Below, piece by piece: positions 40,110 through 53,679 of a DNA stretch of 64,000 nt. The notes under the pieces are model-generated. The model had not been told where the DNA came from and did no database searches. It saw only the letters and a list, made by a program, of their open reading frames with translations. The stretch comes from Squalus acanthias (lineage: Eukaryota): the NCBI GenBank assembly GCA_030390025.1, contig CM059432.1, forward strand, positions 38,690,001 to 38,754,000, given 5' to 3'. Every line of letters starts with the position of its first letter. The stretch's first letter is position 1. Both the position numbers and the translations under genes were made by a program.

Positions 40110-40780
40110 GGGCTAAATTTTAATGGGGAAGGCGGATTGGGAGCAGGGGTGGGGGGTGGAGGAGTTTGTCTCCGAGGCAGTCGGGAAACCCAGGAGAACT
40201 GGTTTCCCGCAGGCCCCGCCGAATTTAAATGGCAGGGCCTGATTTGAATGGGAAGCCTCTATTTCCCACCCGAAGCCAGCCAGATTGAGGGGCTGGCTGG
40301 CTGGCTCCGGGCAGGTAAGCCAGCAGCACTAGGCCGCACAGAGGAGGGATGGGAAGGATCGCATGGGGGCCGGCAAGAAGATCGGGGTGGGCCAGGAAGA
40401 AGATTGGGGGGCGCTGGGAAGAAGGGTCTGAAGGGATTGGGGGCTGGAGGAGCAGCACGGGGAGGGCTGGCTCCGATCGCTGGGGGTGAGTTAGGCAGGG
40501 ACCCTGGATTCAGGAGGCAAGTGTAAAGCCACTTACCTCCAGGATCCAGTAGTCCTTGCCTTAGCTAGCGGGTTTCACAAGGCTTGCAAAACCCGACCAG
40601 CTAAAGTTAAATACAAAATGGAGGTTAAAGCAGAGGCTTCCAGCCTCATTACAATATTTAAATAGACAACTCCCTCCTGGCAGCCGATTGCATCCCCGCC
40701 CCGTCGCTGTTAAACCAGAAGTGGGCAGGTCGAGGTCAGGATTCCGATTTTTAACACTTCTTAGGTTAAAATTCCCCCCC
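40110..40780. mobile_element. MITE family D
   Basis: Ends GGGCTAAATTTTAA / TTAAAATTCCCC; homologous to 5931-6990 in opposite orientation. Confidence 0.75.
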
Positions 40781-42004
40781 ACGAGTCTGGTCACTTATCA
40801 ACCTATTCACAATAGGGCATTTTAATCCTTCAATCTTTATTGTTTTAAACACTGTACTATTCGTGTCTTGCTGAGTATTAATTCCATTAGCAAATAAGTC
40901 TATTCGTTTTACTCTGTTTTGATCTGGCAATGTCGTGTTTTCAACCTTTCACAGAGAGTAAGGAGAATGTGGTGAGCATATTCCAGGGCCTCCAGCAGCT
41001 GTTCTAATAACAGGATAATTGTTAATCCTTGACACGCCATCTCAGATATAGCATATATAAGGGTGCAAGTTTTGGTTTATGGGAGACTCTGTCTGCTTAT
41101 GGGGATTACTTTTATAGGCCAAACCAGGTAAAGATAGCAGGATTCCTTCCCTGAAGTGTTGGGAGAAAGCCTTAACAGTAACAATCTCTGCCTCCAACTG
41201 CAGTAACCCATACATGGATGGACAAAAACTTGTTCAAAGGGTTCAAAAACATCAAGCAAATACTCAGACCCCCCTCAAGACTTGCTCAGAAGATTGCACA
41301 AGAACACTTGCTGTACCAGAAACACAGTAAATATAAATGTTTGCAAGAAAAATATAGAACTGGAAGCACATGAATTTTCTTTAGTTAGCAGTGCCTCTCC
41401 AGCAATGATGCTGTTGGGATTGTAACTTAGCCTCTAAAATATTGGATTTCGGCTATCCAAACTTTATCTCCCCTCCCCAAGGGTCCACATGCCATATCTT
41501 TCTAGGATCTTACTTTGATCTTATGTGGAGGTTGGATCTTAATCTCTTTCGATTGCTTTTATCTGTACAGGACTGTTTCTTTAGTGATTTATCTTTGATA
41601 TGTGCTTTTTCCTAGTTTTGAGCAAGCCAGAAACACACTAAAAAGTGGTCTGTGAACTGTGGGGTTCCTAATTAGACTGTGGTTATTTGACAGCTCCCCA
41701 AACAAATACTGCATTCCTTTATCATCTTATCTTTCAAATTTCATTCTTAAGCATATAACTTTCAAACAGAGCTGGACAGAACGGTAATCTAAAAAGGTGG
41801 AAGGCTATTTCACATATACGTTAACTTTCTAGGGGGTGGGGAAAAAAGATCCCTAACGTCACTAGTCGATTTTCTATTTGTGTCCCCCAGCTCTAAGTAT
41901 TAGATTAAGCAAAAATAACTAATTTAAATGATATGCATGTTCTTCAAAATAAATCATTCCCCATTCCTAATATATCTATTATATATTAAATTTGGTACAT
42001 GGAT

Positions 42005-43232
42005 TTTTTTTTTTATATTTGTTTTATGGGATGTGTGCGTCACTGGCAAACCAGCATTTATTGCCCATCTCTAGTTGCCCTTGAGAAGGTGGTGGTGAGC
42101 CGCCTTCTTGAACCACTGCAGTCCGTGTGGTGATGGTACTCCCACAGTGCTGTTAGGGAGGGAGTTCCAGCATTTTGACCCAGCGACGATGAAGGATCGG
42201 CGATGTACTTCTAAGTCAGGATGGTGTGTGACTTGGAGGGGAACTTGGAGGTGGTGGTGTTCCCATGCGCCTGCTGCCCTGGTCCTTCTAGGTGGTAGAG
42301 GTCGCGGGTTTGGGAGGTGCTGCCGAAGAAGCCTTGGCGAGTTGTTGCGGTGCATCTTGTAGATGGTACACACTGCAGCCACGGTATGCTGGTGGTGGAG
42401 GGAGAGAATGCTTAAGGTGGTGGATGGGGTGCCGATCAAGCGGGCTGCTTTGTCCTGGATGGTGTCGAGCTTCTTGAGTGTTGTTGGAGCTGCACTCATC
42501 CAGGCAAGTGGAGAGTATTCCATCACACTCCTTACTTGTGCCTTGTAGATGGTGGAAAGGCTTTGGGGAGTGAGGAGATGAGACACTCGCCGCAGAATAC
42601 CTAGCCTCTGACCTGCTCTTGTAGCCAGTGTGTTTATGTGGCTGGTCCAGTTAAGTTCTGGTCAATGGCGAGCCCAGGATGTTGATGGTGGGAGATTCGG
42701 CGATGGTAATGCCGTTGAATGTCAAGGGGCAGTGGTTAGACTCTCGCTTGTTGGAGAGAGTCATTGCCTGGCACTTCTGTGGCACAAGTGTTACCTGCCA
42801 CTTATCAGCCCAAGCCTGAACGTCGTCCAGGTCTTGTTGCATGCGGGCATAGATTGATTCATTATCTGAGGAGTTGTGAATGGCGCTGAACACTGCAGTC
42901 ATCAGTGAACATCCCCATTTCTGACCTTATGTTGGAGGGAAGGTCATTGATGAAGCAGCTGAAGATGGTTGGGCCTAGAACACTGCCCTGAGGAACTCCT
43001 ACAGCGATGTCCTGGGGCTGTGATGATTGACCTTCAACCACCACAACCATTTTCCTTTGTGCTAGGTATGACTCTAGCTAGTGGAGAGTTCCCCCCCCCC
43101 CCCCGATTTCCATTAACTTCAGTTTTACTAGGGCGCCTTGAAGCCACACTCGGTCAAATGCTGCCCTGATGTCATGGGCAGTCACTCTCACCTCACCTCT
43201 GGAATTCAGCTCCTTTGTCCATGTTTGGACCA
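42005..43232 (-). mobile_element. 5'-truncated copy of the same CR1-group LINE family, with 3' end and A-rich tail
   Basis: Minus ORFs GVPQGSVLGPTIFSCFINDL and TIYKAQVRSVMEYSPLAW match the 43955-46836 copy; 3' motif CACCACCTTCTCAAGGGCAA..AATAAATGCTGG. Confidence 0.93.
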
Positions 43233-43954
43233 CATGTGTTTCATTGAAGGCTACCTATTACTCCTGTAGGTGGCGTTGTGATAGGTATTTTCAATGCCAA
43301 CGGTGGTGACACAAAACAGCTGCGATTTTAGTTACAGGACCATCCAAAGCAAAAAGTACCCTTAAAGCCACCCATCCCGCAAACTGGAGAGGGCGACAGC
43401 AGAACTTGGTAAGCAAATTCTTCATTACACACAAAATCAAGAAATTGGGAAGTAATATTAAACCAGACAAGCACATACACATGAAAAGAAAAGCAGCCGA
43501 ACATGCATTCAGTCACCGTCCACTCCGCCACATACATCGCAGCCCCAATTCCACAACTGGCAGGAACAGAAGAATCAAAGATAATTTCGCTTTGTGGGGC
43601 AAAAGAATTATACCCACTAATCTGAAATTCAAAAAGCCTCTCCAGAATAACTCCCCATTGGTGAATGAAATAACCCAAACAGCACCCTACCTTGCCCAAC
43701 TGCAAGATACCTCCGTCTCCCCATCCCCACTGAAAGAAGTGTTGACTCCATCTCTCCCTCTACCCAGTCACTTTCCCTTCCCCTCACTTTGTCCCTGCTC
43801 CCTCGCCTCCTCACCTTTTCTTCCTGCTTCTTTACCAAGTGCAACATCACAGAAGATCAACTAGTGCTAATAAAAATCTTGCTAATCTCTCCTCATAAGG
43901 TCAAAGTTTAAAATCTTACAATGATCCATGCTGATCTTCTCTGAATTCTCTATG

Positions 43955-46836
43955 GGAACAATAGCATAATGGTTATGTTACTGGACTAGTAATCCAGAGT
44001 CCTTGACTAATGATCCGGAAATGTTCAGTTAATTAAATAAATCGGGAATAAAAAGCTAGTATCAGTGAACATGAAACTATCGGATTGTCGTAAAAACCCA
44101 TCTGGTTCAATAATGTCCTATAGGGAAGGAAATCTGCCATCCTTACCTGGTCTGGCCTATATGTAACTCCAGACCCACAGCAATGTGGTTGATTCTTAAC
44201 TGCCCTCTGAAATTGGCTGGCTTGCTAGCCCCTCAGTTGTAAAAAACCACTATGAAAAACAAGAAGAATAAAACCAGACGGACCACCCGGCATCGACCTC
44301 GGCACTGGCTACGGACACGACAACAGCACACCCAGCCCAATCGACCCTGCAAAGTCCTCAACAACATCTGGGGACTTGTGCCAAAATTGGGAGAGCTGTC
44401 CCACAGACTAATCAAGGAACAGCCTGACATAGTCATACTCACAGAATCATACCTTCCAGCCAATGTCCCAAACGCTTCCATCGCCATCCCTGGGTATGTC
44501 CTATCCCACCGGCAGGACAGACCGACCAGGGGTGGTGGTACGCAGTCGGGAAGGAGTGGCCCTGGCAGTCCTCAACATTGACTCCAGACCCCATGAAGTC
44601 TCATGGCTTCAGGTCAAGCATGGGCAAGGAAACCTCCTGCTGATTACCATCTACCGCTCTCCCTCATCTGATGAATCAGTACTCCATGTTGAACATCACT
44701 TGGAAGAAGCACTGAGAGTAGGAAGGGCACAGAATGTACTCTGGATGCAGAGCTTCAATGTCCATCACCAAGAGTGGCTCGGACATAGCTGCCAGTCTGG
44801 GCCTGCGACAGGTGGTGAGAACACCAAACACGAGGGAAAAACCTACTTGACCTTGTCCTCGCCAATCAACCTGTTGCAGATGCATCGGTCCATGGCAGCA
44901 TTGACCACCGCACAGTCCTTGTGGAGACTAAATTCAGTCTTCACACTGAGGAGACCCTCCATTGTGTTGTGTGGCACTACCACCGTGCCAAATGGGACAG
45001 ATTCAGAACAGATCTAGCAGCTCAAAACTGGGCATCCATGAGGCGCTGTGGCCCATCAGCAGCAGCAGAATTGTATTCCACCACAATCTGTAACCTCATA
45101 GCCCGGCATATCCCTCACTCTACCATCACCATCAAGCTAGGGGACCAACGCTGGTTCAATAAGGAGTGTAGAAGAGCATGCCAGGAGCAGCACCAGGTGT
45201 ACCTAAAAATGCGGTGCCAACCTGGGGAAGCTGCAACACAGGACCCATGCATGCTAAAAAGCGGAAGCAGCATGCTATAGACAGAGCTAAGCGATCCCAC
45301 AATCAACGGATCAGATCAAAGTGCTGCAGTTCTGCCACATCCAGTCATGAATGGCGGTGGACCATTAAACAACTAATGGGAGGAGGAGGCTCCATGAATA
45401 TCCCCATCCTCAATAATGGTGGAGCCCAGCACGTGAGTGCAAAAGACAAAGCTGAAGTGTTTGCATCCATCTTCAGTCGGAAGTGCCGAGTGGATGATCC
45501 ATCTCGGACTCCTCCGAAGGACCCCACCACCACAGAAGCCAGTCTTCAGCCAAATCGATTCACCCCATGGGATATCAAGAAACGGCTGAGCGCACTGGAT
45601 ACAAAAAAGGCTGTGGGCCCAGACAAAATCCCGGCTGTTGTGCTGAAGACTTGTGCTCCAGAACTAGCCGCACCTATAGCCAAGCTGTTCCAGTACAGTT
45701 ATAACACTGATATCCATCAGACAATGTGGAATAGTGTCCACGTATGTCCTGTCCACAAAATGCAGGACAAATCAAATCTGGCCAATTACCGCTCCAATCT
45801 CAATCATCAGCAAAGTAATGGAAGGGGTCATCGACAGTACTATCAAGCAGCACTTACTCACCAATAACTTGCTCACTGATGCTCAGTTTGGGTTCCGCTC
45901 GGACCACTTGGCTCCAGATGTCATTACAGCCTTGGTCCAAACATGGACAAAAGAGCTGAATTCCAGAGGTGAGGCGAGAGTGACTGCCCTTGGCACCAAG
46001 GCAGCATTTGACCGAGTGTGGTATCGAGGAGCCCTAGTAAAACTGAAGACAATGGGAATCGGGGCGAAAACTCTCCACTGGCTGGAGTCATACCTAGCAC
46101 AAAGGAAGATGGTTGTGGTGGTTGGAGGTCAATCATCACAGCCCCAGGACATCGCTGCAGGAGTTCCTCAGGGCAGTGTTCTAGGCCCAACCATCTTCAG
46201 CTGCTTCATCAATGACATTCCCTCAATCAGAAGGTCAGAATTGAGGATGTTTGCTGATGACTGCAGAGTGTTCAGTGCCATTCGCAACTCCTCAAATAAT
46301 GAAGCAGTCCATGCCCGCAAGACCTGGACAACATTCAGGCTTGGGCTGATAAACGGCAGGAAGCATTCACGCCACGCAAGTGCCAGGCAATAAACTATCT
46401 CGAACAAGCGAGCGTCTAACCACCGCCCCTTGACATTCAATGACATTACCATCGCTGAATCCCCCACCATCGATATCCTGGGGGGGGGGGGGGGGTCACT
46501 ATTGACCAGAAACGTAACTGGACCAGCCACATAAATACTGTGGCTACAAGAGCAGGTCAGAGGCTGGGTATTCTGCAGCGAATGTCTCACCTCCTGACTC
46601 CCCAAAGCCTTTCCACCATCTACAAGGCACAAGTCAGGAGTGTGATGGAATACTCTCCATTTGCCTGGATGAGTGCAGCTCCAATAACACTCAAGAAGCT
46701 CAACACCATCCAAGACAAAACAGCCCATTTGATTGGCACCCCATCCACCACCTTAAACATTCACTCCCTCCACCACCAGCGTACCGTGGCTGCAGTGTGC
46801 ACCATCTACATGATGCACTGCAGCAACTCACCAAGG
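43955..46836 (+). mobile_element. Near full-length, 3'-truncated CR1-group LINE (APE endonuclease + RT, frameshifted) with tRNA-like 5' head
   Basis: NIWGL..QPDIVILTESYL..HRQDR..GGG (APE); KAVGPDKIP, QFGFR, AAFDRVW, GVPQGSVLGP, MFADD (RT) across ORFs 44252-47028; 5' end begins with an A-box-like TAGCATAATGG. Confidence 0.93.
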
Positions 46837-47647
46837 TGGGGCATCCAAAACAGCTCAATGCAATCTAATTATAGTTTATTGAAGCTAACTACTTATAAAC
46901 CCAGGCCAAAAATGTACAAAATGCTGATCCATGTGACAAAGTTAACTGTGTGGTTGGGCCCTGGAATAATGTTTATCCCATGGCAATTTTACTACTTCAA
47001 ACATGGCACAATGGGAGGATCCATATGAACTTTCATAACCTTGCTTCTTGATAGATAATGAAAGAGCTCCAATTTTAAATATATCTTCCATGAAAAGTAA
47101 TAAGGCTGTCCTATACTTCGAGACCAACTAAATGAGATTCAGATCTCTTTTTCTACATCAACTCTCACTACTCAGCCAATCAACCCTAGACATTAAAAGG
47201 AGACATGGCTCAATTGAAGACATGACCAAAATATTTTTTTGATTTGCAAAAATCTCTATTTGATCAGGGTCACATTCTTACAAGTTTATATTTAGCAATA
47301 CAGTCTTTGGAAAGTCCAAAAAATGGTTAATATTCTTGCTAAATGTTATCAGTCAGAGAGCACATCCAATTTTTGTTTAGTTTCAGATCCCATGCATCTT
47401 TCCCAGGTGGGAGGGGCAAGGAGGAAAAGGAGGAAGACATCATCTGTGCCCCACCAGTGCCTCTGTTGATGGGAATGAGATCAGAGTTGACTCGCTTCTG
47501 GCCTGCTCTCCAAGAATAAACATCTGTGTTCTCCCTGGTGCCTTCCCAGAGGGTTCTCACTGAAATCAGGAAGTCCATGTTCAAACAGAAGTTTTGCTAT
47601 GCCAGACTATTTCACACAGATGTTCATTCATTGTTGATTGGGGGAAT

Positions 47648-48425
47648 ACATAGAAACATAGAAAATAGGTACAGGAGTAGACCATTCGGTCCTTCGAGCC
47701 TGCACCGCCATTCAATGCGTTCATGGCTGAACATGCTACCTCAGTACCCCATTCCTGCTTTCTCGCCATACCCCTTGATCCCCTTAGTTGTGAGTGTTAT
47801 ATCTAACTCCCTTTTGAATATATTTAGCGAACTGGTCTCAACAACCTTCTGTGGAAGAGAATTCCATAGATTCACCACTCTCTGGGTGAAGAAGTTCCTC
47901 CTCAGCTCAGTCCTAAATGGCTTCCCCTTAATCCTTAGACTGTGACCCCTGGTTCTAGTTTTCCCTACCATTGGGAACATTCTGCCCGCATCTAATTTGT
48001 CTAAACCAGTCAGGATTTTAAATGTCTCTATAAGATCCCCCCTCATTCTTCTGAACTCCAGAGGATACAAGTTCAGTTGACCCAATCTTTCTTGATATGT
48101 CAGTCCGGCCATCCCAGGAATCAATCTAGTGAACCTTCGCTGCACTCCCTCAATAGCAAGAATGTCCTTCCTTAAGTTAGGAGACCAAAACTGCGCACAA
48201 TACTCCAGGTGTGGCCTCACCAAGGCCCTGTACAACTGTAGCATCACCTCCCTACTCCTGTACTCAAATCCCCTTGCTATGAAGGCCATCATTCCGTTTG
48301 CTTTCTTGACTGCCTGCTGCACTTGCATTCCCACCTTCAGTGACTGATGTACCATGACGCCCAGGTCTCGTTGCACGTCCCCTTTCCCTAATCTGCCACC
48401 ATTCAGGTAATAGTCCGCCTCTCTA
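47648..48425 (-). mobile_element. CR1/HER1-like LINE 3' fragment with uninterrupted reading frame (young)
   Basis: ORF 47741-48448: RDLGVMV..LYRALVRPHLEYCAQFWSP..FFTQRVVNLWNSLP; tail reads CATAGAAACATAGAAA on the plus strand. Confidence 0.95.
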
Positions 48426-49661
48426 ACAAAGAGCCAAGGTAAAAACAAAATTAGTGCACCAACTTAAGGTTCTATACATTAAAAACATACCTGTAAATAA
48501 AAGTTAGCTTTACCAGTTATTAATTGATCATTTATCCACGTACACAAATGTTAGGCATAAATCAGTTGCTCCGTCAAGTGGGCAATAGTTAAAACATGGA
48601 GGACCTGAAGAGTCAACTCAAAACAAAGCAAGGTATTTTAGAAACATAAAATTCTACAACGTCATATATAATTAAAAATGTTGCTAAAACACAATTACCC
48701 AATACGTTTCTGCAATCTAGAGAAAGGATAACTTAATCATAAAGCCACACGCCTGTAGTTTAATGAACATTACAAAAGAAAATAGCTTCCCCATTGGATA
48801 TGGTGTATTTATCCGACACGTAGCAAAGCCATATAGAGCAGAGAGGTCCCAGCTTCAGTTCGTCAGTGCTAAATTTTTCTCAATAAATCCACTTAATCAA
48901 AATTCTGGGAGGAAAAAAAAATGTTTTGCAGCTAATGAAGGAAATTACTTGAACAACAAACTTTCTTTATGGTAAAGATTTCTGATGCAGTCATCTTCTA
49001 ATCCATCTCAAACTTAAGAGGAAAAAAAAGTGCAGGTCAAACAGATTATAAGCACACTGTTTTGCGCTAATTCAATCAATATAGTCAGAGGACAAGCAAG
49101 TTCCCCCTCAAATTATGCTACCTGTGTATTAGACGACAGCTCATCCTCTTAACTATTTTTCCATTAATTCAGGAGGTCTCCAGAGCTCGGCTCTCTCCCC
49201 CACTCATTTCTTGTCAATTACCTCTTGAATTCACCATCCAACCCGGTTTTGCTGATTGTTATGCTCTACATTCATCAACATCCTTCAGATCACACAACCT
49301 CCAGTCCTCCAAGTGACTGAACCACCACAGCTCAATCTCCTACATGCTCTTCAATGGGATACTCAAAATTCTATTTTTCAATTCTTCAAAAACAACACGT
49401 CTTCAGGTCTCAAGTCTGAAAAACAGTTACCATCTATTAACTTTAATGATACCACCCCGAGCCTGTCTATTGACATTTTTGGCTTCACAATTTGAGCTAA
49501 AATGGAGCTCCTACATTTCCTCACTCGCAAACATTGCCTCTAGAAACCTGGGTTTCTGATGTGTGATACTTCAACAATTTTTCTCTATTATCCCCAAGTC
49601 TGTCCTAGAATTTGAATAGTAGCCATGATGTGGAGATGTTGGACTGGGGTGGACGAAGGAG

Positions 49662-51368
49662 TGTAGAATTCGCAATATATCGCGATTTTGTTAATAAGGA
49701 GAAAACACAGAGTTTCGTTCAAACAGCTTTTATTTCAGCAGAATGCTGGCAGGTTTAAAGTGGACACAAGCAGCCTGTAAAATGGCCGCCGCACCTCGTG
49801 ACAGAACATTCTAGACTTTTCAACAGGCAGACAAGATGGCGTTCCAATAAACATTTGTGCAAGATCGATTAAGATTCAGCACAGTGAAGATAATACACGA
49901 GACATTATGGGTTTGCAGTATACACATAGATACTGAAATCGGTCTCCCAGGTACAAAGGAAAGCCATTGTACCGAGTAATCAAGGGCCCATCCAAAAGAC
50001 ATTAATATGTAAAATCCCGACGACTCTACGATGAGAGAGCCGTTAGCAGGTAGTTATACAGGACACTTGGAAGCCCCAAACCCCTCCAGGGAGAACACCG
50101 ACCGATTTAACAATGGGAGAAATATTAACAGGTACTCAGACATTTACGAGTAGCCCCGAAACCCATTAAGAACGGAGATCACCCATACAAGACATTTGGG
50201 CGCCAAACCCTAAACAAAAGAATGGACATTATAGTTGGGCGGGAAACGGAAGATTTTGCACTATAATTGCAGGCTCCAAACCGTCCATTCGCTCTCTTGC
50301 TCTCTTGCTCCTGTGCTTTTATCCGGTCGATTCGTAACCTCGTGGCTGCTCCTGTGTACTCGTAGTTGGGCTTCTGCTTGCCTGTTGCCTCTTCTGAAAA
50401 GACTGTTGAACTTTCTGATCCGTTCGGATCTACCTCGTGTCGCGTAACGAAGACCTATGTTGGTAACTGGCAGCGGAACCGAAGGCCCGAGATGAGATGA
50501 GATGAGATGAGATGAGATGAGAAGAGAGGAAGACCATATCCATCGCCACGGTCAGTAAATCCCGACCGCGCCTGTAGGTCGATTAGCCAAGTTTTCCTCG
50601 CCAGGAGGACTTCTTCGAACTTATAACGAAACATATTGCATCGACGATAACTGGACTGTGCCCAAAGTAACTGGAACGTGAAAACATATCGTAGCGACGA
50701 TATCGATAACTGTGCTCGAAGAGTACCTGTTAAGCCAACCAACACAGGTCTTCATCACAGCAGACAGTCCAGCCTGCTAGCCGGAGCAGCAGAAGCAAGT
50801 AAACAAGTGGGACCAGGAGATCTCCTGACCGACACGTGGGTGCTGCGGTGAAAACCATCCGATCAGCTATTCGGAATTTCTCCGAGGTATCACGAGTGGT
50901 GAGCATGAGTCTCGAGATCCTACGAATCTAGTTTAGGATAGATATTGATAGGGGAGGGTTTAAGGATTAAGGATATTTGTAATGTGTGCCCCTATTTACT
51001 TTGTGCCGTTCGTTCCTCGTTTCCCTAAGATCGACTATATAACTGTTTGTAAGATTGTACTGTCATTAATCTGTGCTTATGACATGTATTTCATAATCTT
51101 AAGTATCATGCAATAAAGACTTTCCATTTCGTACCATTCAAACCAAGTCTACATGAGTTTTATCTCCATTACTGCTCTCGCATCTAAGTCCAGTGTCTAG
51201 AACCGTAAGGGAGAGTGATTCGAACCACTCACAGGTGTGTCTAGTGTTCCCAGACTGGCTGGAGACCAGAACAGGCAACAAGGCCTAGACCCGCACTGAC
51301 ATACAGGCTGCACAGAGCCGCGTGAATCTCACAGGCCGCGAGACACGCAGGGTCAGGAATCCCTTACA
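49662..51368 (+). mobile_element. 1707-bp solo LTR (Gypsy or ERV type)
   Basis: TGTA...TACA termini, exact 4-bp TSD GGAG (49658-49661 and 51369-51372), flanks rejoin into a repeat seen intact at 27815-27894, TATAA at 50262, AATAAA at 51112, CpG-rich. Confidence 0.9.
50489..50522. repeat. (GAGAT)n pentanucleotide repeat inside the solo LTR
   Basis: About six tandem GAGAT units. Confidence 0.9.
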
Positions 51369-51914
51369 GGAGCAGCGCTCCGAAAGCTTGTGATTTCAAA
51401 TAAAACTGTTGGACTATAACCTGGTGTTGTGCGACTTCTCACACTGGAATTTGAATACTGTTTCCATATCTAGGAAGGCTCTTCCAACACTTCCCTCCAG
51501 TTTCAAATATGCCACTCCGCATTATCTTCCTTACCATCTTTAAATCATGACTCATTGTAGTTTTCTACTCTGACGCATTAATGTTATAAACAATTTAACT
51601 CTAATTTGCTAGTTAGACATTTTCTGTGTGAACCACAAGCATTAAAAAAACTTCCACAAATTGCAGTACTCAAGTGTTAGCAATGTTACTGATTCTTTGC
51701 AAGGTCCTTAAAACTGGACAGCCTTACCTCCTTCAGTCTTTCCTAATTGATTCAGCCATCAGACTTTACACACCCAACGTTGATGTCAACTAATCAATAT
51801 TTATTGATGCATCTAGTTTGTGTTTGTAGCATTTAACATTCTGCAAAACTCACCAAAAAAGTTGCTATATTCCACTGTAGAGAGGTAGCAGAGCATCTGG
51901 CACCACTTGAGAAT

Positions 51915-53126
51915 AGTCAGGTGAGAATAGCTGCCCTCGATATCAAGGTAGCATTTGATCCAGTATGGCAACAAGGCGCTTTACCAAAATGGAGGTCAAT
52001 GGGAACACCCTCCAGTGGCTGGTGTCATACCTGACACAAAGGAAGATGTGGTTGTTGGAAGTTAGGTCATTGCAGCCCCAGGGCAGCACTGCAGGAGTTC
52101 CTCAGGGAAGCATGCTCACCCCAACATCTTCAGCTGCTTCAATGATCTTTTGTCAGTCATAAGGTCAGGTGTAGGGCTGTTAGATGCTGATTCCAGTACT
52201 CCGCTTTATCCAGCATTCCTCCATTAATGAAGCAGACGGTGCCAGAGCACTGCAGGACCTGAATAACATCCAGGCTGACCGGTAACATTTGCACCACATC
52301 ATTGCCAGGTAATGACCATCTTGAACAAGAAACTGGCTAGCCATCTCCCCTTGACCTTCAATGGCACCACTGTCGGCATCAATATCTTGCATGCAACTGC
52401 TGACCAGAACTTGAACTGGACCAGTCATAGCAACACCATGGCTACAAGAGCAGGGCAGGGTACTCTGGTACTACAAGTGGCTCTCCTTCTGTCCCCTCAA
52501 AGTCCATCTACAAAGCTCGAGTCAGTAACAATGGAATATTCACCACTTGTCTGGGTGGGTATAACCGCAACAACACGCAAGAAGCTCACCACCACCTAGG
52601 ACAGAGCAGTTTGTTTGATTTGCACCCGTCACTAGGCTCAATATTCACCCCTCCATCACCAACTTACTGTGGCTGCAGTATGTACGATCTACAGAATGTA
52701 TTTCAGCAACTCACCAAGGTTATTTTGACAGCACTGCTCAATTGCTATCACCAAGAAGGACAGGTGCAGCAATGTCATTGGAACACCAACACCTCCAAAT
52801 TTCCTTAAAGTCTTAAAACACATATTACAACAGTGTAATTCCCACATTACAACAGTGACTACACTCAAAGTACTTCATTGGCTATAAAGCACTTTAAGAC
52901 GTCCGGTGGTCGTGAAAGGCACTATATAAATGCAAGGCTTTCTTTCATAGTGCCATTCCTTCATAGTCGCTGGGTCAATAGCCTAGAATTTGCCTGCCTA
53001 ACACCATGATGGGAGCACCTTCAGGACAAAGACTGCAGTGGTTTAAGGAGAAGGCCCACCAGCACTTTTCTCAGAACTAGAGATGGGCAATAAATGCAGC
53101 CTTGCTTCCAAAAACAAATAAAAAAC
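51915..53126 (+). mobile_element. Older diverged copy of the same LINE group, interrupted by a DeuSINE tail at about 52820-52945
   Basis: AGVPQGS, NLNWTSH, MEYSPLVW remnants; 3' AGATGGGCAATAAATGC. Confidence 0.85.
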
Positions 53127-53679
53127 AATGTTTTCTCCATCTGTGTCTCCCTGTGTATGTTTTACTTGCACTTAAATTCTAAATTCTGTTGCACGGACGA
53201 TCTGAATCTACAGCAAGATTAGTTTCTACTTGAGTTGCCTAACCTTTGTAAAAAAAAAAATCAACTGTGGCTATAACACTAATTATTGTTATTTCATGTT
53301 GTTGAAACATGCTGCAAATTACAGCAAAGATAATCAGTACATCAAATTCTAAGGACGGCATAGAAGCAAAACTTGTCATAATGTACATCGGTGGATAATT
53401 AACATAATTACATGTAAATTTACCAACTGAAAAACAAGCAAGTATCAGGCCACTGGTTTGTCATTCCATGTGTCAGAGGCACTGATCAGTTTCTTCATCT
53501 ATTGAAATATATGCTTTTGACGTTAAGTGTTGTTTATACCAGAAAATTATTTCCTTCACATCGTTTCATGTCCACAAATAGCTTTGTTTCATCGCAGTCA
53601 TCAGAGGTGGGTGTGAAATTATTGGTGGATATTATCATTCAAATAGAATAGTACAAAAGAATTTACTCATACTTAGAGA

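Noticed and set aside
43328..43864. Overlapping 125-aa and 152-aa ORFs between two LINEs
   Set aside because: Non-ATG starts, no recognisable motif or clean splice-site pair.
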